Shown: positions 10,520-21,075 of the stretch, in pieces
How the letters are laid out: each line of letters opens with the position of its first letter
Numbering within the stretch: the first letter of the stretch is position 1
DNA from: Blastocladiella emersonii ATCC 22665
Lineage: Eukaryota; Fungi; Blastocladiomycota
DNA: 64,000 nucleotides
Direction: 5' to 3'
Assembly: GCA_025594325.1 (NCBI GenBank)
Contig: JANHCV010000002.1
Span: forward strand, 1,550,001 to 1,614,000
Made by a program: the position numbers and the translations under genes
Notes under the pieces: generated by a model
Seen by the model: the letters and a program-made list of their open reading frames with translations, nothing else
Database searches by the model: none
Told to the model about the DNA's origin: nothing

Positions 10520-12483
10520 CTAGTCGAGATCAAAGTCGAGGTCGTCGATGAGCGCGTCGACGTCCTCGTGCCCGTCCTCGGTGCCGACCATGAGCTCGTC
10601 GGACGACTTCCACACGCCCGCGTCGTTGTGCGGCCCGTCGTAGTAGTCGATGGTGCGGTCCATGTTGATCGACTCGCGCAGGAGCATCGCGTTCTGCTGC
10701 TGGATCTTGAGGGCCTCGTCGCTGATATGCTTATCCTCGACGCGCTGGCCGCGCGCGGTGCGGCGCACCAGGGCGAGGAAACCGTTGAGCAGCGAGTTGC
10801 CGAGCACGACGGGGACCACGGGCTTGACGTCCGTCTGGACGAGCCGGCGGGCCGCGGCCTTGAACCCGTCGACCGACTCGAGGAGCGCCGTGTACGTGTT
10901 GGGTGGGATGAACGACTTGGCCTTGAACTCGGCGCGCGCGGCGGCCGCCCCCCTGGCGTGCGCGGCGGGCGAGTCGACGGTGCGGTCGGCGCACGCGTCG
11001 TTGAGCCGGTTCCACACGACGGCGTACTTGACCACGTCCTCGAGCTCGTCGAGCACCGTGTGGTTGAGGTTGGCGATGCGCGCGCGGCTGCGGAACGCCT
11101 CGCGGTACTTGTACACGAGCCCGATGTAGAGCATGGTCGCGTGGATGCCCTTCATGGACGCCTGGTGCATGCGCGTGGACGCGCTGAGCGAGCCGTAGCC
11201 GATGAGCTCCTCGATGGGCTCGGCGAACATGAGGCGGAGCTTTTCGCCCGTCTCGACCGTGATGTCGGTGAGCGTCAGAGGCAGCGACACGCGCGGGTCC
11301 GACCTGAGCTGGATGGACTCGCGGGTGATGGTGTAGAGCTTGGCGAGGCGCGGGTCGCGCTGGATGACGGGGAGGAGCTCGGTGATGCAGAGGGTGCTCG
11401 CGATGCCGCCGCTGGGCGTGACGAGCATGAGCTCTTCGTTGGCCAGCGCGTCGCGCAGGCCCTTGATGACGCATGCAGGGTCCGGGATCCAGGCAATGGG
11501 CGGGTTCGTGGACACGAGCTCGTTGACCTTGTGGTACGTCGAGGTGCTACACACACCGAGGTCAGTCAGCAGCGAGTTGACGACGCAGCCGCCGCACAAA
11601 ACGTACCAGTCTGACGACCATGAAATGACTGTGAAGCCCTTGCTCTGAAGCTTGCCGACGACCTTGTTGATGTGGCCGGCGACGAGGCGCGGGCGGACCG
11701 AGTGGTACGTGTAGAAGCACAGCGGGTGCGCGAGACGGGTGCCATGGCACCACATGGAGAAGACGACGGCGCGAGTCGCGAGGCCCGACGCCTCCTCGTC
11801 GTCGCTCGAAGCGCCCTCCTCGCTCAACGCCGAGATCTCGGAGCTGGGCGACACCTCGATCTCGCTGATGGCGATGCTGACCGAGGCCTTGAGCGTGTGG
11901 AGGTACTGCTCGCCGCCGATGGCCGCGACGGCCTTCTCGAGGTGCAGGTCCGAGAAACCAGCGGGGAAGCCGCACGGTGCGCCGGGCGCGCGGTGCTGGG
12001 CGGGTGTCGCCCAGTCGGGCAGCGAGTCGGGGAGCGGGAGCCCCATATCGCGCATCACGTCGTAGATTTCGGGATGGGCGGAAACGAGCAGCGAAGCCAT
12101 GTCCCTGAACTCCTGCGACGGCTCGATGACGGTATCACCGTCCACGTCCGAGTCGGCGCACGCTTCCCTCACCTTTCGAGCCTGCTCGGCGAACAGGTTG
12201 AGGGCGTATTGGGCCCCGCGCGCCTCGATGCTCGCTTCGGAGACGGCGCCCTTACTATACACACTCGCGCAGGTTAGTCAGGTCGATGTTTCGACTCGCG
12301 CACCGTCGCACTCACATACCCGCGCGACAGGAGTCGTGAATCGGCAGCCGAGGTCTCACTGCTGGAGCTCGACGGAGCGGGCTTCTTGGTGCGCGGCTTC
12401 TTGGCCGTACTGCGGCGACCGCGAGGCCCGCGAGTAGCTGGCGCGGCGCTGCCAGTTCCGTTACTGCTGGGGTTAGGCGTCAT
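10520..12483 (-). CDS. P-element/THAP9 transposase-derived protein, copy C, intact ORF, catalytically degenerate
   Basis: Exons 12483-12320, 12254-11607, 11546-10520. PSQEFRDMASLLVSAHPEIYDVMRDMGLPLPDSLPDW, GFSDLHL, LATRAVVFSMW..HPLCFY, VGKLQSKGFTVISWSSD, IAWIPDPACVIKGLRDAL, GGIAS, LGNSLLNGFLALVRR follow the order and spacing of P-element/THAP9 blocks as I recall them. Confidence 0.82.
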
Positions 12484-12757
12484 GATTCTGCTGCGTCAAG
12501 TGGCGTTCTCGTTTACATCAAGCAAGGGTGAGAAAGGTAGCGATGGTTGGAGCAAAGCGGTCGCTCGTCGATCAGCTGCGGTGGGACGGAGACTGCCGAC
12601 TGCGCCACTCACGTTGACATGAAACGCCTCCCGACTGGCGCAGCGCGTTGCCTTACATGCATGCGCGAACTGTTGCTCGCAAAGGATCAATCTATACAGG
12701 GACATGGCGAGTGGAGGTTGGGCTATACAATGGCGGCCGGGGCCCGGCGGTCCGCTC

Positions 12758-14199
12758 TCACCGGCTCGTCGTGTTGAACTGGCCAAAGTAGGCCTCGGTG
12801 GGCGGGTTCGTGTAGACGATCGTGTCAATGAACTTCTTGCTACAAGTTCCAGAAGAGTTAGCGACCACCCTCAACGGAAGATCAACAGTAACGAGCGCCG
12901 TACCGGTCCTTGAAGTCGCTGGCCATGGCCTGGTTCTGGGCGAGCATCTGGCGCTCCTTGTCGCGCTCCTGGCGGTTCTTCTCGCGCTCCATGAGGACGG
13001 TGGCGCGCGAGACCCAGAACTGGTGCTTGTCCCAGGCCTTGTTGTCGCGGCGCTGCTGCTCCTGGCGCTCGTGCGCTTCCTTGATCTGGCGCTCGCGCGT
13101 GTCGCGGATCTCCTGGATCTGCTCGGGCGACATGCCCTTGAACGCGTCGATGCGGATCCTGCGAGTGAGGCAGATGGTTAGTGGAGTGGCGGAGCGGTAG
13201 GATCAGCGATGAGCGTACTTGTGCGGGCCGGGCTGCGGCGGCGCGGGACGCTCGGTCAAAAAGTCGCCCGTGACGTGCATCTGGATCTCCTCGAGGTTCT
13301 TGGCCGTCTCCATGCGCGCGTGCTCGCTGTCGCGGAGCTTCTTCTCCTTGGCCTGTTCGCGGACGTCGGTCAGCGCGTGATCCAGCCACCGCACGAGTGC
13401 CCGAACGTACCAGCTTGCGGTTGAACTCGGCGTCGTCCATGGCGATCTGTCGGCGATGGCGGCGGTCCATTTCGGCGAGGTACTGGATGCGGCGGTTGTT
13501 GGCCATGGTCTCCTGCTCGCGGCGCTCGTCTTCTTCCTCTTTGCGCTTGCGCTCGGCCTCGTTCTCGCACATCTTCTGCCACGACCACACCTGCATCTGA
13601 TCCTTCTGGGAGAGGATACGGCGGTCCTGCTCGAGGTCCTCGCCCTCGAACCGCTGCATGCCGCTGACCGTGTTGCGCGGGTCGACGTCGCCGATGCGGG
13701 CCGGGTGGTCGTTCTTGAGCAGGGCCGGGTCGTACAGGTCAAAGTCGCGGCGCATGCACGGCTGCTGGTGGTCGCGGCGGAACGCGTCCATGTCGCGGTG
13801 CAGCGCGCGGCGCGACGCGCATACCTTGGCATCGAGCATCTGCAGCAGGTCGTTGGTCTCGGTCGCGACGCGGTCTACGTGCGGGAGGCGAGAGTGGTGA
13901 GTGGGCGACGGCTTGCACGAGAGAGGGAGGTAAGGCGTACCCGAGACATCGTTGCGCTCCTGCTCGATGCTCTTCAGTTCGTTCTTGACGCGGATCTGCT
14001 CCTCGAGCCCTTGGACGTCGATCTAGCGAGCCACGCTGGTCAGCCCATGCGCCGACGAGTGCACGAACCCGCAAAGCCGTACCCCCATGACGCGGACTTT
14101 GGGGTCAAAGATGCGCTTCATGCGCTCCTCGTCGAGGCGGCGGCGGCGCTGCACCGCCTGGTACTCCGTGAGGTCGAGCGGATGGTCGAGTTTGTACAT
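12758..14199 (-). CDS. RIB43A: RIB43A-like coiled-coil axonemal protofilament ribbon protein, multi-exon
   Basis: MYKLDHPLDLTEYQAVQRRRRLDEERMKRIFDPKVRVMG, DFDLYDPALLK, SGMQRFEGEDL, RIRIDAFKGMSPEQ, final exon YTNPPTEAYFGQFNTTSR* (TGA 12760-12758). Confidence 0.92.
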
Positions 14200-14606
14200 G
14201 GTTGTTGTTGGTGTTGCTGCTAGTCAAGCAGGCGAGCGTTGCTTCATTCACGCGAGGGAGAGCGAGCGAGCGGGCGCCAGCGCCAGCGCCAGCGTCATAA
14301 TCAGCGAGCGTGGCGGTGGAGAAAAAGTCTCCCCGACTGCGACGCGTCCCGGGTCGCGTCGCGCCGCCCACGTGCGAGCGTGTCTCGCACTGCTTCTCTT
14401 CGCTGCTCGCGACTCGCGCTTCTCAACGTGTGCCGATCGTGCTTGCGGGGGAGAAGGGGACGGCCAGCACGAGAGTGCGGTGCTGAAGCGCGCCACAGTT
14501 CGTCGGAGTTTCTCGCGTTGCCCTCACGTCGCTCGCGCGCTCTCTCGCTCGCAGCAACAACGATACCCACGAAGCACACGCACCAACCACCACGACTACC
14601 CGCAAC

Positions 14607-17600
14607 ATGTCCGCCTGGCTCTCGATGCTGGTCGGCAGCGCGGCGGGCCCGTCGCCGTCGCCGAGCAGCCCAACGTCCGCGACGCGGTCGGGGTCCGCGA
14701 CCGCGCTGATCCCGGACGGCCAGTCGCCGCGCGAGCTGATCCTGCGGTTCAGCGACCGGCTCAAGCACGCCATGATGGCCGACGACCGGCGCGCCGCGCT
14801 CATGTCGCTCAAGGGGCTAGCGCGCGAGTACAAGCGCGACGTGGGCGAGTGTTCCCTGCACGCGCTGGCGTCGGTGCTGGTGCGCGACGCCGAGGACCCG
14901 GAGATGCTGGGGGCCGCGCTCGACACGCTCGCGGTGCTGTTTGCCGTGCACCCGAACCGGGCCGGTGAGGCCGAGTTCGTGCCGACGTTTGTCGCCGAGT
15001 TCGCCGACGACGCACAGCACGTCACGTCCCTGCTCGACGTGCTCGACTCGCTCGACTACCACCTGCGGTTCGATGCGCTGCAGCTGCTGTCGACGCTCGT
15101 CAAGCACCACCCGACCGAGGTGATCGCGGGCCTGCTCGCCAACCCGGCGGGGGTCAACCGCCTGATTGACCAGCTGTCGGAGCCGCGCGAGGCCGTGCGC
15201 ACCGAGGCCATCCTGCTGCTGATTGCCCTGACCGCGTCGAATGCCGAGGTCCAGAAGATCGTCGCGTTCCAGAACGCCTTCGACACGCTGTTCGACCTGC
15301 TGCAGTCGGTCGACCCCTTCACCGCCGAGGACGTGCTCAAGCTGGTCCTCAACCTCGTCTGCCTCAACCCGTCCAACCAGACCCTGTTCCGCGAGACGGG
15401 CGGCCTGCGCCGCCTCGCCGCCGTCCTCGACACGTTCCTCCCGCCCGACACGGACGCCGTCGCTCCGCTGCCACCCTCCTCGCCGACCGGCGGGCTGACG
15501 GCGCCCGTGCCCTTCGAGTGGACGCGCCCGCAGATCGCCGTGTGCACGCGCGTGATCGACGTGCTGCGCGCCTTCATCACGCCGTCGAGCGCGGGCGCGC
15601 GCGCCGCGCAGGACGCGCTCGTCGCGGTCCAGGTCCTCGGCCTGCTCCTCGAGCTGTCGCTCGCAGCAGGCGTGCCCGTTGTCGTGAAAGCCGCGGCCCT
15701 GCGCGCGCTCGGCGAAACGGTCCGCGGACACCCGGCCCACCAGGCCGCGCTCGCCGAGAGCGTCGTGTACGTCCCCCAAGACGACGGCGACCATGCGACC
15801 AAGAGTGCGCTGCTCCTGCTCGTCAATATCGCCGTGCTCGGCGTCGACGAGGAGTTTGAGAGCGCAGGGAGCGGGGTCGCCGCGGACGCGCTCGCGGACT
15901 CGGTGTTTGAGATGCGCCGCGCGGCGCTGTACGCGTTGCAGGTACGGCTCGGCTGTCACGACTCCTCGGTTCCGCTCACCTACTGACCAACTTCGTGCGC
16001 CGTTAGTGCTTCCTGTACGACCACCCGGACGGCAAACTGACGCTGGCCATGACGGCCGTGAACCCGCCGCCCGACGAGCTCCCCGCGCCGACCACGTCGC
16101 TCGCCGAGGACCACCCGCTCGGCGCGTCGGCCGTGCTGCGCCCGCTCATCGACTGGCAGCAGCGCGACGACGTGCGCACGTGGTTCGCCGCCATGGTCGC
16201 GTGCAGCATCGTGCACGGCAACGCGCGCGCCAAGGAGGTCATGGCCGGCATGTACCAGCAGCTCATGAACCGGCACGCGGCGGCGAATGCAGCGCGGAGC
16301 CGGGATGATGACGATGACGATGATGACGAGGACGACCAGGTCACGCTCGTCCAGTCGATTGGCCACACGCTCGTCTTCTCGTCGCGCGGCAACGCCGTGG
16401 TGCGCACGCAGACGGCGCTGCTCGCGGTGCTCGTGTGCTGGACATGGGGGTGCCCCGAGGCCGTTGGCGAGATTGTGGCCGACGGGACCATCATGCAGTT
16501 TGTACGTTTCTGCGCATGTCTGCTGCTTGCGACACGTTGTCTGACCGGTGCATCGCGTGTAGTTGATCGAGCAGGTCAGCTCGGCGTCGGGCCACGCCGT
16601 CGTGCAGGGCCTCGCGGCGTTCCTGCTCGGGACGTGCTACGAGTTCCACCCGGGCGTCGAGGCCGCCTCAGCGTCCCCGACCCCCGTGGGCAGCCCCGCC
16701 GTCGCCGTCACCACCAACCCGAACGCCATGACGCCCGACCAGCTGTACCAGGCGATCGCGATGCGCATCGGGGTGGACCAGGTCCAGGCGCGGATCGCGC
16801 GTCTGCGCGAGGACCGGCAATTCGCCGAGTGGACGAGCTTCACGGCACAGTCCTCGACCGCTCTCCTCGACGACGTGGTGGTCGCACACATCAGCGACCG
16901 CGTGGCGGACCTGCTCCGCGGCCTGCGCATGTCGCCCGAGGCGCGGTCGCGGTCGGTGCAGGATCTCGAGGAGCGCACGACGCGGGTCGCGGCGCTCGAG
17001 GCGCGCGTCCGCGAGCTCGAGGCCGTGGTGCAGCAGCAGGCCGCCGAGCACGCGGCGCAGATGGCTGCCGCGCACGCCGAGACGGCCCGCGTCACGCATG
17101 CGCTTGACGCGGCCCGCGCATCGCTCGCCGGGCTCGAACGCGAGCAGGAGGAGCTCCTCGTGTGCCTCGCGGAACAGGATACCGATATGAAGCGCCTGCG
17201 CGACCGGCTCCGCGCGCTCGGCGATACGTCGCCGGACGTGATCGCGGCGGGCGACGCGGAGTCCCCGCCCGGCGCACCGCCGCGCATTGTACCGCTTACT
17301 TCGCAGCAGCAGCATGCGGTCGAGGTGCCGCCACCTGCAGCGTCGCCGGCGGCAGCAGCGGCGTACCCGCCACCGGGCGCGCAGTACGGATACCCGGCCT
17401 CGCAGTACCACCAGCAGCAGCAGCAAGCTCCCGTCCGCGTCGCCGCCGCCGCGAGTCCGTCGGTCGCACCATCGGCGGTCCCCACGCGCTCGCCGTACCC
17501 GGTCGCGACCCCGCCGCTACCATCTGCGCCCAAGCCCGCGACCGCGTACACTGGTCCGGCCATGCACCCGCTCAACGCGCCCGTCCCCGAGACAGCGGCC

Positions 17601-17837
17601 CGTCTGGGACCATCGCCGTCCATCTCGGCCGCCGCGCCGGGGATCCAGCCGTCGCTGTCGACGCTCGCGCTGATGCAGTCGACGTCATCGTCCAAGACGT
17701 CCTCGACGGCGTCGCTCCCGCCGGTCCCCGTCATGGCGGCGGCGACCGAGGTCGCGCGGCCGTCGGCGAGGGTCACGGCACCAGTGCCTGCGCTCGTGCC
17801 GTATGGCGCGGATGACGGTGGGATGATGGATATCTGA
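14607..17837 (+). CDS. USO1: Uso1/p115 vesicle tethering protein
   Basis: Exons about 14607-15941, 16007-16501, 16563-17837. Armadillo head motifs DDRRAALMSLKGL, EAVRTEAILLLIALT, VQKIVAFQNAFDTLF, QGLAAFLLGTCYEF, then a coiled coil. Confidence 0.92.
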
Positions 17838-18340
17838 GAGGAGTGAACGGAATGCGACTCGTTTTGGGTGTTTGGGGCGAGGGTTCGAGAAGACGTCGAG
17901 AGCGACCCACGCCATGACGCTCCAAGGGAGGGTGATCGACGCGTCGCGTTTCGTTCAACGCTCGCCTCTGTCTCGCGCCTCACACGCCGCGCCACCACTC
18001 GGGTAACACCGCGGGCTTGGCAACAAACGCGAGGTTGCCTGGCGGGGCAACCCGACGAACAACAACGTGAGAGCGCGCGCTCGCAAACCTTGCGTTGACG
18101 AGCGTGAGGGCGATAAATAGGGAGGGCGCCCCCCCCCCCACCGCGCCGATCCCCGCTCTCCCTTGACGCAGTTTCACCGCACATCTGCAACGTATCAACA
18201 ACCACTATCAAGTTCGTGTCGATGCATCCATGAAATGGCCCGCTTGTGGTGTCGGGACCGCGTCCCGCAGTGCGCATCGGGCCCGTCCCGTCGACGCCGA
18301 TCTGACGACGTAGCCCGCCGCCCGCCTGCCGTGTAGCACC

Positions 18341-19017
18341 ATGATGTCGCACGACGAGGCCATGCGAAAGCACCAGGAGGAGATCAACGCGGTGCTCAAG
18401 GCCGAGCAGGACCTGATCGAGGTGCAGAAGCAGCAGGCCACCATGAACGCTGGCTACGCGTACCAAGCGCCCCAGCAGCAGCAGCAGTGGCAGCAGCCTC
18501 CGCCGCAGCAGCAGTACGCACCCGAGCCCGTCTACCAGCAGCCCCCGCAGCAGCAGCCGCAGCGCCCGTTCAACCTGCGCCGCGTGCGTATCACGCTCGG
18601 TACGCGTCGATTGCGCTGCACGACGACCCCGACCTGCTGCTGACGCGCGTCAATGTAGTCGAGGCGCGCAACCTGCGCGACGTCCGCATCAACCAGATCT
18701 GGGCCGAGGTGGACCCGTACGTCAAGGTGTGGACGTCGGACGGCCAGAAGCACAAGTCGCCCGTGTTCGAGGCGGCGGGGCTCAACCCGCAGTTTGGCAA
18801 CGCGCAGATGGAGGTGGCCGTCGACGGCGCCAACGGCGAGCTGACCGTGGCCGTGTGGGAGTACGACAACATCCTGCCCAGCCTCGAGATGGGCCGCGCC
18901 ACCTACGCGCTCAACGCCCTGCGCGAGGGCCGCACCGACGATACCTGGCTCCAGCTCCGCGCCCTCGACGGCGGGTTCGGCGGCGAGATCCACATCGTGT
19001 TCACGCCGCTCGAGTAG
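18341..19017 (+). CDS. Small single-C2-domain protein 1, Gln/Pro-rich N-terminus
   Basis: Intron 18600-18658 joins RVRITL to VEARNLRD..VDPYVKV..KSPVFEAAGLNPQF..LTVAVWEYDNI..MGRATYAL..GEIHIVFTPLE. Confidence 0.85.
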
Positions 19018-19216
19018 GAGGGGGAGGGTGCCGGCCTGTTTTGATGTGCAAAATGTATATTCTATCACCTTTCTACGCGTATCTGATCCCGATTCACTTG
19101 ATGTGCGTCACCTGAACCTTGTGGTTGAACCACTCGACGAGTTGGTTGGCCTTGTTCGGCCTTGGCGTGCAGAGGCATGCCGAGGTTGAAGCCGAACACG
19201 TTGCCCGGACTGGGGT

Positions 19217-19299
19217 CGCGTCGCTCACCTCGAAACCGCGACGCGTCGCTCACCTCGAAACCGCGACGCGTCGCTCACCTCGAAACCGCGACGCGTCGC
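19217..19299. repeat. 25-bp tandem repeat x3.3 (CGCGTCGCTCACCTCGAAACCGCGA)
   Basis: Exact units start at 19217, 19242 and 19267, then a partial unit; ends about 40 bp before the ATG at 19341. Confidence 0.97.
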
Positions 19300-19340
19300 C
19301 GATCTCCCCTCCCTCTCCTCGACCCACCACGAAACTTGCC

Positions 19341-19939
19341 ATGAATGCACTCACGCGTAAACTGTCCAAGCGGCTCGGCAGCAAGCACGACTCGGCCCTG
19401 TCGCTGACCCCGAGCGCGTGCGACGTTGACGCGTCTCTCGCCGAATCCGAAGCGGTCGCCGATTCGCCGGACGCGACCAACTTCCGCCTGCGATTCGTGC
19501 GCATCATCTTCGGTACGCTTCGAACATTGCTTGATCGACACCGACGCGTGCTCACCCCCGATCCCTGCGCGCAGTCGAGGCGCGCAACCTCAAGGACGTG
19601 CGCGTGAACAAGCTGTGGGCCGACTTTGACCTGTACGCGGCGGTGTACCTGGGCCCGGCCAAGGTCGGCAAGTCGCGCGTCTTCGAGAAGTGCGGCCTGA
19701 ACCCGTACCTCGGCGCGCAGAACGTGATTGCCGAGGCGCCCGTGCGCGCCGAGGACGAGAGCATCACGATCGTGCTGTACGAGTACGACAACGTGTTGCC
19801 CGACCAGGAGATTGGGCGGTTCGTGTACTCGCTCGCGGGGCTGCGCAGGGGGAAGTCCGAGGAGCGGTGGATCGAGCTGCGCGCGACGGATGGCGGGGTT
19901 GGCGGGAGGGTGAATATGGTGTTTACGCCGTTCGAGTGA
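19341..19939 (+). CDS. Small single-C2-domain protein 2
   Basis: MNALTRKLSKRLGSK...NFRLRFVRIIF, a GTACGC..CAG intron at the same position as in paralog 1, then VEARNLKD..NPYL..ITIVLYEYDNVLPDQEIGRF..VNMVFTPFE*. Confidence 0.85.
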
Positions 19940-20253
19940 CTTCGTGATTCTGTGCGGGATAGATGACTTGACTTGTCGCAAACCGTTGCTCTTGCGTTGA
20001 TCGTGGTTGAGCAGTGTTGTTGGTGGCAGGCGGACGCGTCCATGGCCATGGCCCTCGCTCTCCCACGGCGCGCCGCGTCGTACCCGCCGTCATCCCGCGC
20101 GTCCACGCGTTCCTCTCGCGCTGGACAATATTGATCTCGATCACCTTGCTTTCGATCCCATCCATTGAATTGAGCAACGGCACACGATGGCCGCACTGGC
20201 ACGACGGCGATCTGCTCGCCTTCGTTCACCGCAGAAGTTCTCCCCACTCCGCT

Positions 20254-21075
20254 ATGCACGTCCTGACTCGCAAACTACCCAATTGGTTGCTCGGAAGCAA
20301 GCGCAACTCGACCACCTCGCTGTTCTCGAGCACCGGCTCAGGCGGGCGGCAGCAGCGTAGAACGGCGGGCCGAGCACGTCCATGAGGACTCGGGGACCGG
20401 GAAAGGCCTCAACAACTTTCAGCTGCGGTTCGTGCGCATCACACCCGGCACGGGCTCTCGAGAGCGCGATTTTCGATGGACGGCAGCTCACCGAGAGCTG
20501 CAGCGTGGTAAGTCAAAGCGCACAACCTCAAGTACCTGCGCGTGAACAAGCTGTGGGCGGCGATCGACGTGGACATCGCGTCGTGCGTCGGCGAGGCGCT
20601 GGCGGGCACGTCGCGCGTGTTCGAAAAGTGCGGCAAGGAGCCGTACTATGACGACAAGAACGAGTGGATGGAGGCGGTGCGGCCGACCGACGAGTTCGCG
20701 ACGATGAGGTTTCGGGAGCACGACGTGTTGGCCGACCAGAAGGCCGTGCGGCTCGTGTACCCGCTGGGCGGGCTGCACGCGGGCGAGACCGAGGACCGGT
20801 GGATCGACCTGCAGGCGAGCGCCGGCGGGTTCGGCGGCGAGGTCACCATGAGCTTCACGCCGTACATGCGTGAGAGGAAGAAGGTTGAATGCGCGTGCGA
20901 CGCGAAGGGACAGGAGCCGGTGAGTTTCGTTCACCGAGGCGTATCGATGCGTGCGGCAACGACACGCTTCGCCCCCAACGTGACGAGAAACCACAGCTTT
21001 CCCACGGAGGGACCGCAGGAGTCCTTCCCGGTCGGCGTCGAAGAGAGCAGCGCAGCGAGTGTGATCCTCGTGTGA
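20254..21075 (+). pseudogene. C2-domain paralog 3, probably decaying
   Basis: MHVLTRKLPNWLLGSK matches paralog 2. Frameshift near 20340 before NNFQLRFVRIT, donor is GC instead of GT, and there is no stop after SFTPY so it runs on to 21075. Confidence 0.65.

Noticed and set aside
5150-12760. Active P-type transposon with terminal inverted repeats
   Set aside because: I found no TIRs or target-site duplications by eye and the catalytic residues are missing; a computational inverted-repeat search is still worthwhile.
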